NCBI GenBank assembly: GCA_051313645.2
Contig: JBNRSN020000003.1
Location: 394,630,001 to 394,694,000 of the forward strand
DNA length: 64,000 nt
Origin: Centroscyllium fabricii
Lineage: Eukaryota
Reading direction: 5' to 3'
This document shows positions 36,302 to 49,266 of the stretch, piece after piece. A program made the translations under genes and the position numbers. Numbering within the stretch: the first letter of the stretch is position 1; each line of letters begins with the position of its first letter. The notes under the pieces are model-generated. The model was given only the letters and a program-made list of their open reading frames with translations. It was not told the DNA's origin and made no database searches.

Positions 36302-39300
36302 TGTGGTACACCACTCTTTTGTATATATATATGTATTGTTGTAATCGTACTTTCACTGTGTTGTATTATAGTTCTCTGTATGCGATTACCTGGACATGCC
36401 CATGCTGGCCCCGCCTGCGACTCCTCCCTTCCGGGACCAGCTATATAAGCGGCCGTCTCCCTTCCCCCAGCCATTCCTGGGGACGGTTGACTAGCTGCTG
36501 CATGTCCACCTTTAGTGAATAAAAGCCTATTGTTTTCTTCTCTTAACTACTCGTCCATGAGATCGTTATTTCGGTCACAATTTTATTCACTAAATTTGAC
36601 GATGGAAGCAATGCTCAAGCCAGCAACGTTCGAGCTGGACCCCCAGACACCAGGCACATCAAATACATTTTTGCACTGGTTCGACTGCTTTGATGCGTTC
36701 ATCAAGGCGAACGCAGCGGTCGTCAGGACCGAAGAAGACAAACGGCGTCTTCTCAATGTCCGGGTGGGCCCTCAGGTATACTCCATGATCATAGACGCAT
36801 CATCATACTTGGATGCAATCCGGATCCTCAAAGCGGAGTACAACCGGCCACCCAACATCGTACATGCCAGACACCTCCTGGCTACCAGAAGACAGCAACC
36901 CGGTGAGTCCAGCGTGGAATTCCTACGCACGCTGAGTGTACTCTCCCGGGCCTGTAACTGCAGATCGCAATTGGCACAGGTCCACGCGGACAACCTGATC
37001 AGGGACGCCTATGTGACGGGCCTCAGGTCGGACTATATCAGACAAAGGCTGTTAGAGCAGAACGGCCTTGACCTGCAGGCAACAGCGGACCTGGGCAACG
37101 CGCTGGATGTGTCATCTCTCAATTTGTCATCATACTCCGGCAACTACGCGGGCCCAGCCCCGACAAGTTGGACATCGCCGGCGCCGTGGCCGGCGGAAGA
37201 AATGACTGCGGCCGCTCACACTAAGACGGCCAAATGCTACTTCTGCGGGCAGTCTCAGCATCCGAGACGGAGCTGCCTGGCAAGAGACGCGGCCTGCTCG
37301 AAATGCGGCAAAAAGGGACACTATGCCAAAGTCTGCAGAGCAACTGCAGTGCCGCAAACGAAACTGGGCAGTGCCGCGTGTGGGACGTGGGGGCAGCCAT
37401 CTTGGACACAGCCATCCTCAACACAGCCCACCGCGTGGCAGCAGACGCCATCTTGGTCTCAGCCACTCCCTCCGCAGTACACCACATGGCGGCAGCCATC
37501 TTGGGGCCAGGCCCCAGATGACTTCTCTACGGATCAAGACGACTCGACCGATCCGATATTAGCATCAGTCACCTTGGATCAGAACAAGGCTCAACCACTC
37601 GGCAAGTCAATGATGATGGTGGAAGTGAACGGACAAGACATCGAGTGCCTCTTCGACAGTGGGAGCACGTTGAGTTTTGTCCACCCAGAAACAGTAAGGC
37701 GCCTCTCCCTTAAGGTCATGCCGGCGAGCCAAAAGATCTCCATGGCATCAAAGTCGGAATCGGCGGACGTCTCCGGACGTTGCGCGGTGGCTCTAACAGT
37801 ACGGGGTGTGCACTTCAATAATTTAAAATTTTTTGTGCTGCCGCAGCTCTGCGCTCCATTATTATTGAACCTGGACTTCCAGTGCCACCTCCAAAGCGTT
37901 ACCGTGGCGTACGGTGGGCCCCTTCCCCCGCTCACGGTCTGCAACCGGCGCTCCTCGCAGCACCCACAGCACGCTACCTGTGGCCTCTCGACCCTTAAGG
38001 TCGCCCCTCCCTCGCTCTTTGCTAACTGCAAGCCCGTCGCCACCAAAAGTAGGTGCTACAGTACTGGGGACATGGACTTCATTAAGTCCGAGGTGAAGCG
38101 CCTCCTGAGGGAGGGGGTCATCGAGGCCAGTAACAGCCCCTGGAGGGCGCAGGTAGTGGTGGTGAAGACCGGAGCTAAGAACCGAATGGTAGTGGACTAT
38201 AGCCAGACCATTAACCGGTTCACCCAGTTAGACGCGTACCCCCTCCCCCGGATAGCGGACATGGTAAATCAGATCGCGCAGTTTCGGGTCTTCTCAACTA
38301 TAGATCTGAAGTCCGCGTATCACCAGCTCCCCATCCGCCCAGAGGACCGTCTCTATACGGCCTTCGAGGCTGACGGTCGCCTCTATCACTTCCTCAGGGT
38401 TCCGTTTGGCGTCACGAATGGGGTCTCGGTCTTCCAAAGGGAGATGGACCGAATGGTCAATCAGTACGGGCTGCGAGCCACTTTCCCGTATCTCGATAAT
38501 GTGACCATCTGCGGCGACGATCAGCAGGACCATGACGCCAACCTCCAGAAATTTCTCCACACCGCCAAAACACTCAACCTGACCTATAACACAGAAAAAT
38601 GTGTGTTCAGGACCACCCGCCTCACCATCCTCGGCAGTGTTGTGGAGAATGGGGTCATCGGTCCCGACCTGGACCGCATGCGCCCCCTCCTGGAGCTCCC
38701 CCTCCCCCACTCCCTCAAGGCCCTCAAAAGGTGCTTGGGGTTCTTCGCCTATTATGCCCAGTGGGTCCCCAACTATGCGGACAAAGCTCGCCCACTACTT
38801 AAATTGACCTAATTTCCCCTGTCAGCAGATGCCCGCGCGGCCTTCTGTGGCATTAAGGACGACATTGCAAAGGCAACAATGCACGCTGTGGACGAGTCCC
38901 TCCCGTTCCAGGTCGAGAGCGATGCATCGGACTTTGCCCTGGCCGCCACCCTTAACCAGGCGGGCAGACCCGTGGCCTTCTTCTCACGTACCCTCCAGGG
39001 CCCCGAGACCCGTCACCCTTCAGTCGAGAAGGAGGCCCAGGCCATTGTTGAAGCAGTGCATCACTGGAAGCACTACCTGGTCGGCAAACGATTTACCCTG
39101 CTGACTGACCAACGCTCAGTCGCTTTTATGTTCAACAACAAAGAGCGGGGTAAAATCAAGAACGACAAGATACTGAGGTGGAGAATTGAACTCTCCGCTT
39201 TCAATTACGATATCTTGAACCGGCCCGGGAAATTCAACGAACCCCCAGACGCCCTATCCAGCGCACAAGTAGACCGTCTCCAAACCCTGCACAACGACCT

Positions 39301-40725
39301 CTGCCACCCGGGGGTCACCAGGTTGGTTCACTTTGTGAAGTCCCGCAACCTCCCCTACTCCATCGAGGAGGTCAAGACCATGACCAGGAATTGCCAGGTC
39401 TGTGCGGAGTGCAAACCGCACTTCTTTCGGCCAGATCAAGGCCACCCGTCCCTTTGAACGAATCAGCGTCGATTTTAAAGGGCCCCTTCCCTCATCTAAC
39501 AGAAACGTGTACTTTCTGAACGTCATCGACGAGTACTCACGTTTCCCCTTCGCCATCCCCTGCCCGGACATGACCTCTGCCACAGTCATCAAGGCCCTCC
39601 ACAGCATTTTCTCCCTGTTCAGCTACCCCAGCTACATCCATAGCGACCGGGGGTCCTCTTTCATGAGTGACAAGCTGCGTCAGTTCCTGCTAGCCAAAGG
39701 CATCGCTACTAACAGGACTACCAGCTACAACCCCCGGGGGAATGGACAAGTAGAGAGGGAGAACGCCACTGTCTGGAAGGCCATCCTGTTAGCCCTACGG
39801 TCTAAAGGCCTCCCAGTCTCCCGCTGGCAGGACGTCCTCCCCGAAGCGCTCCACTCCATCCGGTCACTCCTTTGTACGGCCACTAACGCCACCCCTCACG
39901 AGCGACTTTTGCCTTCCCTAGGAAGTCGGCTTCCGAGACCTCGCTGCCATCGTGGCTATCATCCCCGGGACCAGTCCTACTCCGGAAGCACGTGAGGGGC
40001 CACAAGTCAGACCCCCTGGTCGAACGGGTCCACCTCCTGCACGCCAATCCCCACTCCACCCGGGCCACCGGCGCCAAGGTACGCTCCCCGGCACGAGAAT
40101 CCGGCACCACGGTACATCCGCCCGGCACCTGTAGGCAGCACGGCATGGCCTCTGGCATGGCTCCATAGTACACGCCCCCTAGAGTCAGACGACGAGGGGG
40201 AGAGCGCGCCGCCAACTGTGACCGCAAGGGCACCGACGAGGAACCAACCAACTCAACTGGCTATCATACGCACACCGGCACCACCACCAGCGGTGCGACC
40301 AACTCAACCCGCTACTTTGCGCCCGCTGACACCACCAGCGGTGCGCCATTCAACCAGGCTTACCAGACCGCCTGAAAGACTGAACTTGTAAATTAAAAGA
40401 ACTGTCGCATTCACCCCGCCGGACTTTCGTTTTAAAGAAGGGGTGAATGTGGTAAACCACTCTTTTGTATATATATATGTATTGTTGTAATCGTAATTTC
40501 ACTGTGTTGTATTATAGTTCTCTGTATGCGATTACCTGGACATGCCCATGCTGGCCCCGCCTGCGACTCCTCCCTCCTGGGACTAGGTATATAAGCGGCC
40601 GTCTCCCTTCCCCCAGCCATTCCTGGGGATGGTCGACTAGCTGGTGCATGTCCACCTTTAGTGAATAAAAGCCTATTGTTTTCTCCTCTTAACTACTCGT
40701 CCACGAGGTCATTATTTCGGTCACA
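36302..40725 (+). mobile_element. Two-LTR Ty3/Gypsy retrotransposon (LTRs 36302-36579, 40448-40725), inactivated
   Basis: 278-bp LTRs, TG...CA, 5-bp TSD CAGTG, PPT AAAGAAGGGGTGAA; domain order PR-RT-RH-IN. Confidence 0.96.
36602..40391 (+). pseudogene. gag-pol with frameshifts/stop (~38810, ~39435, ~39910)
   Basis: Two CCHC knuckles, LFDSGS, YLDN, RNase H ESDASD..EKEA..LTDQ, integrase H-H-C-C, VDFKGP, SDRGSSF, GNGQVER. Confidence 0.92.
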
Positions 40726-41203
40726 CAGTGCATGCAGGAAACCGGCACTTTGCAGTGGCCCACGGGTGAGCACCCCATCCGTACTCTCACGTTCAAAGGC
40801 CGATTTCTGGGCCAGTAAACAGCCTTTCAACCGGAGCTCACATGGGTAATAATTTGCAATGGGCAGTGGTGGGGAGGGGTGGGGGGGAGGGGGATGTTGG
40901 GACATATGTGCATGCAAGTAAGTGAAAATGAATAATACTTACCTTAAACTTCGCCAAGGCCGCCGGCTCTACCCTGGCCCATATTTTCTACAATCTCAGG
41001 TCTCAGCGTGTTAAGCACGGCACATTCAGATTGACTCAATATCAAAGAATAGGTTGCCCTCCTCCCATTTGCGTTTGCTCCCTCCTTTTATATGCTGTGT
41101 TGTGAGGTTGGAAGTTTAAAGGGCACATAGAATGACACCCAAGTGTCCACCTGGTATCCCTATTTGCATGTAAGTAAATTAACATACATTATACAAGGAC
41201 TAT

Positions 41204-41992
41204 GGCCCAGATATTAGCCTTGGAGCCTTCGTGCGAGTGCAGGGCTCCTCGTTACACTTACCCTGCACTTTTGCCGTTTTGAAATTTTACGCTGTGAACT
41301 CCCGAGTTGGACAGCTGCTTCAGGCTCTATGCGAGCTGCTGGTGCAACTGAAGGGCGCAATTCATTTGAAATCTCACACGAGACCACATGATCGGCAGGG
41401 AGCCAATCAATGGAAGCAATCCTCCATTCAAAATTTACACGGAGAAATCTGTGTAACTTTTGAAAAGAGAGATCTTCCAAAACACATCTAAACTCAAAAA
41501 TAAAATTTTAAAAACACCACATTTTTTTTAACAATACTCCAACTAACATAAATTACCTATTTTAAATAAAAAATAAAAATTTAGAACATTTTTTTACAGT
41601 CTTTAACTGGCCTAAAAGAATACTTACCTGTCTTTAAAGTTAAAAAAAATTAAAAACCTGCAAGAACAATACTTAAATTGTATAAAATAAAGACTTACCT
41701 GCTAAAAACAGCTGCTTACGTCTGGTATTTTCAGGCATAAAATCTTCAATACTTACCCCGATGAAAAACTCAGAAAAAAATGGAAGTTTACTGCGCACCC
41801 CCTGGTGCGCAGGCGAGTGCGATCCTCCTTGCAGCAGCTCTACCCCCACCCCCCAACCCTCCCCCCCCCCCCGCACTGGCCGCCTTCGGAAATGCCTGGA
41901 GCAGCTGGAAACAGCTGTTTCATGCGATTTGGAGCTCGGGTGCGTTTACACCCGGCTCCAAATCCAGGTGCGAGCATCGGAAATATTGGGCC
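41204..41992. mobile_element. Harbinger-type MITE variant
   Basis: GGCCCAGATATT ... AATATTGGGCC termini; AT-rich core like the 21792 family. Confidence 0.7.
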
Positions 41993-42165
41993 ATTTTATG
42001 TTGTACAAGTGGTTTGCGGGCTTCGCTTTCCAAATAATAACATGTCAAAAGGGTACCTTGCTGTAATATGGATATTCATATAAAGCTTGGGAAACGCTTT
42101 TTTGTCAATATTTGGAATGCAGCCTTTATCATGGATGAGAGAAAACTCTTTGTGCCACACATAAT

Positions 42166-42430
42166 TTAGCCATGTACTTGGTCCAGTGCATCACTGGCCA
42201 GCCTCATCTTGGTAAGCTTGTTGAGGCTACTGACCATTTTTCTCACCTGACCCCTTGTCATTTGACTGTTTAACAGAATATTTAGCATGTCTGCCACCTC
42301 TTGCCAAAGAGAGTGCACAGATCTCCTTTGGGGGAAGGATGTCCCAAGGTCCCAGATGGGGCAACCTTCATTGGCTGCACTTCTTACCGAAGCATCTCCA
42401 AAGCAGCATCTGAAAATGGAGATGTACTGT
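42166..42430 (-). pseudogene. Decayed Myb/SANT-like fragment, probably Harbinger-derived
   Basis: FGDASV..LWQEVADMLN..TRGQVRKM..L resembles exon 1 at 30844-30581. Confidence 0.55.
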
Positions 42431-42704
42431 ATCGCTAGCCAGCCATTTCTAGCTTTCTGCCCGGCAACAATCAAGTGACAACCCCTTTAAGGAGCAGATG
42501 CAACTTTTAAGAGCTACAACTGGATGCAATTTCCTGTCCCTGGCTTACAGCAGGCATTCCCTGGTACGCCCACTTCAGCATGGGAGCTCACTGACTATAC
42601 ATAGTGCGGCTAATTGCTAAACATTCAGCCCATTCTGCTCAGCACTAAGGTTACTGAAACAGCATTAAAATTGATCCTATTGTTTAATCAGGTATGAATA
42701 TTGT

Positions 42705-43030
42705 AATAACAGAAAATGCTGGAAAAACTCAGCAGGCCAGGCAGCATCGGTGGAGAGAGAAACAGAGTTAACGTTTCAGGTCGATGACCCTTCTTCAGAA
42801 CTGGAGAAACCAGGAGAAGGGATAGATTTGAAAGCTGGTAGGGGCTGGGGGAAGGGGGGGCTGAAAGAACAAAGGGAAGGTCAGCGACAGGATAGAAGGC
42901 GGGGGGGAGATTAAGAGAGATTGAGAGACATTGAGAGAAATTCAAGGAACACAGGATGGCTCTGGAGGTGTGAATGGCTCTGGCAGAGAGAAGGAAAAAA
43001 TAAAAAAGCCCAGACAAAAGTGTGGATTGA
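42705..43030 (-). mobile_element. Penelope 3' terminal fragment
   Basis: Matches 8325-8650. Confidence 0.85.
42766..42802 (-). ncRNA. Minimal hammerhead ribozyme motif
   Basis: AGTT-CTGAAGA-AGGGTCATCGACCT-GAAA-CGTTA-ACT. Confidence 0.65.
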
Positions 43031-43363
43031 AAAAAGAGAGAATATATACATATAAAAATTATGAATATTTTAGGAAGCCACGTAAACCACAGAAAGGACT
43101 AATTATGGTCATGATCTCATTGAATGGCGGAGCAGGATCGAAGGGCCGAATGGCCTACTCCTGCTCCTATCTTCTATGTTTCTATGTTTCTATGGTGCAT
43201 TTTAGCACATTTACTTTAAGAATAGCAGTTAATACTCAGATCGGAACAGTGATTAATTGGCCTCATATATATCAAATAATCGTGCCATAAGAATTATTAT
43301 CGCATGAGTGTTACCTCATTAGATGAAGGTGGTATAATACTTTTTCTTGAATTCTATGGTATA

Positions 43364-43996
43364 CAGGTTGTGCACCGTTAAACCGTTACCCGATAAGCTG
43401 ACAACTTCAATCTTCCGGAACAAATTGCCCCGACTGCCCTGCGCATGCGCAAAATAGCTGCCGCGATTAATGCTTCAGTGAATGATCTGCGCATGTGCCG
43501 CTGAATGGCGAGTGCATGCGCAGATCATTCACAATGGCCGCCGCAAAGTTTTTAATGATCTGCGCATGCACTGCCGAATGATCGCGGGCCGGGTTTCACC
43601 TCACCTTACCGGGCCTTCCAGGGCCGAGCCTTTCCGAGCCGGGCCGGGGCTTCCTGAGCCAAGCCTTCCGGAGCCGGAGCTTTCCGAGCTGGGCCGAGCC
43701 TTACCGAGCCTTCCCGAGCCGGGCCTTGCCTTACCGAGCCTTCCCGAGCCGGGCCGAACCTTACCGAGCCTTCTCGATCCTTACCAAGCCTTCCCGAGCT
43801 GGGCCTCGCCTTACCGAGCCGGGCCTTACCGAACGATAAGCGCATGCGCAGACCACTCAAAATGGCTGCCGGCCTTTCGCGGTGGCCATTTTGAATGGTC
43901 TGCGCATGTGCTCACCGAAGCTTCAGCCGTTCGGGATTTTCACTTTCCCGGCATGGACCTGGTCCCGCCCGTGCCGGATTAACGGTACTCAGCCTG
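43364..43996. mobile_element. pogo/Tigger-type MITE with internal CCGAGCC minisatellite (43600-43830)
   Basis: TA-CAGGTTGTGCACCGTT ... AACGGTACTCAGCCTG-TA; the related copy at 49470 shows the empty site. Confidence 0.85.
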
Positions 43997-44212
43997 TATT
44001 TTACTCAAGTATTTTAGAAGTAGAATCTGATCCCGCACCCATTTAGAACTTTTTGGAATCCCCAAGCCGTCACTGTTGCTTCAAGGAAATTTGACCCATA
44101 TTTACAATTAAGTAGAGTGTAAATTAGCCCTTTATGATTTTAATTGTATGCACTACTCTAAGCAACCAGCTAGGACAACTTAGAACACAGTAAGACAATA
44201 AGGAAATATAAT

Positions 44213-46696
44213 GGCCCAGAAATTCGGGTCGGAGGCATCCCGCGAGTGTAAGCCTCCAACCTGCACTTACCTAGCGCGCCGGCCGTCGAGCTGTGGGCCC
44301 GCGTGGAATTCCGATGCGGGGCTTTCCTCAACTGCCGGCGCACTGCGCTCACGTATCCCAGCGGCACAGTTTGTGCGAGGGATCGCATGGGATCACGTGG
44401 GCCACGGAGAGTCAATCGGAGCACAGAATGCTCCATTCATAAGTTTGACAGGAAGACTTGTCAAAAGTATGAAAACTACAAGCGCCAAAACATCACAAAA
44501 TCTTCAAATATTTTTTTTTTAAACATCACATTTTTTTAAATAACTATCAATTACATGAAATAACTATTTTAAACAATAATTAAAAATTTTGAAAAAATTA
44601 ATTCCAGTTTTGAACAGGGCTAAGAATAAACTTATCTTTCTTTAAAGTATTTAAAATTAATAAACCTGTGGAAATATGTTTTAATTTGAATTAATTCACC
44701 ACTTACCTTGTTAAAAGCAGGCCTTACAACTGCTTTTTACATTTCTAAAATATTCAGCCTTACCCAGAATGAAAAACCAGTAAAAAAAGCGGAAGTGCAT
44801 TGAGCACATGCTGCCGCTCCCGCGCATGCGTTCCGACCTCTGAACCTGTAAGGTCGCAATATTCCCGATCAAAATGGAATTCATAAAGACAAGAGACAGA
44901 TGGATGGATTAAGCATTTTTATTAAGCAGTCAACAGCAGAGAAAAACAAGCTGCGGCTTGATGAAAGAAAAGGGGCCTCAAAAGATGGCCGCCGGACCAC
45001 ATGACCTAACGGCCAGAGCCGAAAACGAAACCACATATATATTTTCAAAGCCTTGCAGAAAGTGCGCGAAAACCCAGACTTGGGGGCGCCAAGACCCAGT
45101 ATTCGATTGTAAAGAACTAACCAGCTCCCCTCAGAACCGCTTAGCCCAACAAAGAAATTGCACCCAGAGAATAAACACCCAATATATCGCAAATATGGAC
45201 TAACTGGCCCTAAATGGCCAGGCTTAGAAACTGCACAGCAAACTTAGCAGAAGCGATTTGCACCCTCTTTAGATAATGCAGCGCTCACAGAAGCGGTTAG
45301 GGCTGCTCTCAAGCCATCTCAGCAGGTTAGCTGGACAAAAGGATGCAGTAACCGTTTTTAAAGGACAATACAGGCAATGATTGGAAAGACATTAGGCACA
45401 ACATTTTTCTGAGTATAACTGTTAGACATTTTACAGTTCGATCTCTTCTCTTCTCTTCTCTTCTTCTGCGGGCTCTCTGGAGAGGGCTCTCTTGGGACTC
45501 TTGGAATCGACCTCTTGAAGCGGTGAGGTCTCTAGCTCTCGGATCTCGGATTCTTTGGAAGCGGTTGGAGCTCTTGGGAAGCTCTTGGAACTAGGTAGAG
45601 TTCTCTTGCAGAACTTGAAGGACTTCTTGATAGCAGTGACTTTGGGTGGGCTCTCCCTTCGAAGACTCCCGTTCAGATCTCTGAGTGCAGGGCGAGCAGA
45701 GTGCAGGGCGAGCAGGGTGCAGGTTCCGGCAGGGCAGTGGCATCGCATCAGGGCTGGGCCATCGCTGGAGAGATAGTCGGTTGTCTGGCACCACAAGGGC
45801 TGGCGTTCGATGCATGGGTAAAAGTGAGTGAGTTCGAGAAGACTTGTTACAGTTGGCTCGAGAGGGCAGGATCGGCATACCCCAGGGTCCGGTTCAGCCA
45901 GGGAGACGGTGCGGTTGGTGCGAGGAGGTAGAGAAGCCTTGAGGAACCCGCCCAGGGCCGGCCTGAGAAGACACGGCCGCCACCAAGAGGGAGAAGCAAA
46001 CGAGTGGACTCCCGAATCTTCCACAGCCACGTGACGACCAACGCTGCAGCCGAAAGGACGAAGAACTTCGTAGCTGACCCCGAGTATTACCGAGTGGTGA
46101 GCATGTGCCTTGATCCTACACACCTGGACATAGCTAGGCAATAGAGGGGAGGGTGGTTTACTTGGTTGAATTAATAGAGTGCTTGCTCCAATTTACGATG
46201 TGCCGTGTGTTCCCCATCCTATAAGTTATTTGTGTATTATATATATATTTGGGCTAGGAAGTTTGTATTTCATACTGTGTTTTGTTATATGACGTACAAG
46301 TTAACTGCTGTATATGAACCTACGTCTCACTGTAATAAAATCATCCAATTTTTGAAACCCTTATTCAAAGTCAACCTGAGTCCAATCATTATACATCTCG
46401 TCTCTCTTCCTGCATCTAAGTCCAGCGTCGAGAACCGTAAGGGTGAGCGATTCGAACCGCTCACGGGGGAGGAGGTTATTGCGCGAGGCCTAGCGGACGG
46501 CTAGAGCAAGGCAGTAACGGACCCCAAGTCGTGAATAAAATACACGGCGCACGCCCCTTACAAACCTTTCTGTCAGGGGATCGGAAGTGCCGGTTTTGTG
46601 CGCATGCGCTGTGCATGCACGAAACCGCCATTTTGGATCGGCCTACGGGTGAGTACCCAGCGCGTACTCACCCGTGGGGACCCAAATTTCTGGGCC
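44213..46696. mobile_element. Harbinger-type MITE split by a 1.7-kb LTR-like insert
   Basis: TIR GGCCCAGAAATT / AATTTCTGGGCC. Confidence 0.82.
44847..46562 (+). mobile_element. Long (1716 bp) solo LTR-like element
   Basis: TGTAAGG...CCTTACA inverted ends; 4-bp TSD AACC; TATAA at ~45414 followed by a CT-rich tract; AATAAA at ~46334 and ~46534. Confidence 0.8.
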
Positions 46697-46890
46697 ATTA
46701 TTTCTACACCTCAGCTTAATCACGTATCAGTTTATCTATACATTTCATAATATCACTTTTATTTTCCAATTGTTTGAATTTTTGTTGTTTATTTTTTGTG
46801 TATTTTATGACAACTTGCTGCTATGTAGAGGATTTGTATTAATTTCTGTTTGTTTGTCATCTGCCTTGTGTATAATAATAACAGATACTT

Positions 46891-48596
46891 GGGGCTGGAC
46901 TTCTCAGCGGTGGCGTGAAAGCTGTTTGCTGAGTTCCGGTTCCGCTCCCAGCTGCAGCCGCTCTGTCAAAGGGATTTTACCTTGATTGGTTTTGTTAAGC
47001 CCGCCCTGCGGGCTTCCCGGCCAATTATCAGGAAGCGGGTCTGATGATGCCATTTGATGACGCATCATCAGCCGGTTTTCTTAATGGAACCACGGCCACT
47101 TTGATTTTGCCAATTGTTCTGTCTGTGTTTGGCAGCATTGAGGTGCTGCAAACACTGACAAGCATGGCACAAAGGTAAACACTTGCACCCAGGATCTCCA
47201 GTGACTCCCTCCATATGCTTATGGAGGAGGTCATAGCTCCCCAGGACACCAACGCAACCTGGTTGCACATTGCACAGGAGGGCAAAAGCAAGGATGTCAT
47301 CAGGGGTCCCTGGCTGCAGTGGCGCCAGCCTTTCAATGATCTGAGTAGATCACGAAATGTTACTGCAAAGCCACACTCAAACTCACCCTGCCGTGTCACT
47401 CAACACATCCCCATCACTCTGCCTTCCATACCTTTCTCCTGCACATCCTTACACCAATTTACCTTGCACCTCCACCCATCCCTCTCTATCTACATTATCA
47501 GTTACCCACCTCACTAGCCACCCCTCATACTTACCCTCATCCTATTGCAAGCATACCAACTAACAAGGGTAGGCACCTGAGAGGTTTAGCCAATGTCCAT
47601 GTGAAGTTTCTGGTAATCTGTTGTCATACAGTGAAATCTGAATTGTCAACATTGCCCTTATTGGACAAATCTGTGCGCACCTCGAGAAGTGTCTTACTGA
47701 GTTCCAGTGAATGTTGAGACAAAACTTTCTCCCCCTCCGCCCCCGCTATAGTGATGAGTGTGAAAGGAATGGCTTGGACATTGTAGGGATGCTTTACGGT
47801 GCAGGTGTGGGATGGTGTCAACCTGGTGCATCATGTGGCAGCCAGGGTTTACAGCATCAAGTGAAGTAAATCTGGCCATGGTGATGCTATCGCTGGCCTC
47901 CCAGGCAGCAATGTTGTCAGGGGCTGATGCCCTGTGTCCAGTGCAGCATCAGGTGATGGCGGAGAAGGTTGGTGTTGTTGGTGATGTTGGTGTGCCTGGA
48001 GATGTTGGTGTTGGGGCTGATCGTGGAAGTATTCAGAGGACCAAGGTCTGATTTTTTCAAGGGCATCGACGTTGCTGCAATAAATGGTAGCTGTAGGTGA
48101 GTTGACAGAAGCGATCTGCCAATGGTGAGAGAGGTTGTTCCAATGAGGTGGCACTGGACATACAATTGGCTCTAAACACTTGCAAGCTGAAGAAACCTCA
48201 ATATGTATTACAAATGCAGTAACCAACAATTTCTGCGCTCTGAAACTGACCATCTGCAACATGGCATCCTTTACACCACTTCTGCAGCTGTCAGCTTATC
48301 AGATACATCAGCGCAGACTCAACTCACGGCGTGTTCCCTGAGCAGCGGGTAACGCATGGGGGAGCACATAAAATTGGAAGGAAACCTCAAAATACCATTA
48401 AATTGGCTGTTAACAAGCCATTTAATGAGCTCATATTGTCTCCCCCATGGCTTGGTGTCAGGTCAGTTCTCCGCTGACAGACCTGACACCTGGGAGACTC
48501 GCGTGGAGGCGGGTTTCCTACCCGCTGTCAATCTTTGCTATTTTGACAGCGGACCCGCCTCCAAACCCACCCTCTGAATGCCGGCAAAATCTGGCC
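46891..48596. mobile_element. Old internally deleted Harbinger
   Basis: GGGCTGGACTT ... AAAATCTGGCC ends; decayed Myb-like remnant on + at 47165-47360 (ATWLHIAQE..WLQWRQPFNDL). Confidence 0.6.
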
Positions 48597-49266
48597 TTAA
48601 TCTTTCACTTCATCAATGCATTTGACTTCGAAAATATGTTTATACAATAATTATATTAGGTAAATTTTGCTAAGCAACTGATTCCCACATTACATTTAGT
48701 GGACAATTTAATTTCCATATCAATTAAATGTGCTATATTTACTAGATTTGTCACCTCATTAAATGGCTACATTTTCCGTCCCGCTAACCTTTATCTTACT
48801 CTGCTTCACTTTATTGTAATATGGCAACTTAAATGATCAATAAATTGTATTTGAAAACAGCAACTGTTGGCCTCACTCACTCACAAACACACTGGGCTCA
48901 AATTTATCAATGGGGACGTGATGGAGGTGGGACTCCCACTTTCTTGGGTTGTAGTCCCGCCTCCATTGACTTGTGGTCACCCCATGCTGTTTGCCTTGAT
49001 TGACCTTGTTAAGCCCGCCCAGCGGGCGCAGCAGGCCAATCAAGGGACACCTAGTTACTGGTGACATCGGCGCTTGACATTTCATCTGTCAAGCGCTTTT
49101 GACAGATGAAAAATCAGGGTTTGACAGCTCTGTGAAGCTGTCAAACACTGACAATCTGTCCTCTAACTTGCATCCTTCTACTCAGACTCAGTTAGAGATC
49201 TCTCCAGACCAGAAAGTAGAATGCTGCAGCTTTTGAAAATAGTTATCTCATCAGTGTTCCCTCATT

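Larger units (their letters stand above)
35632..40813. mobile_element. Harbinger-type MITE split by the Gypsy element at 36302-40725
   Basis: GACCCAGAAATT ... GATTTCTGGGCC; colinear with 44213-46696. Confidence 0.8.

Noticed and set aside
40937-41169. Immunoglobulin V gene promoter and leader
   Set aside because: No hydrophobic leader, V exon or RSS seen
43482-43982. 166-aa ORF with PSLPEPG repeats
   Set aside because: Translation of a GC-rich minisatellite within a MITE
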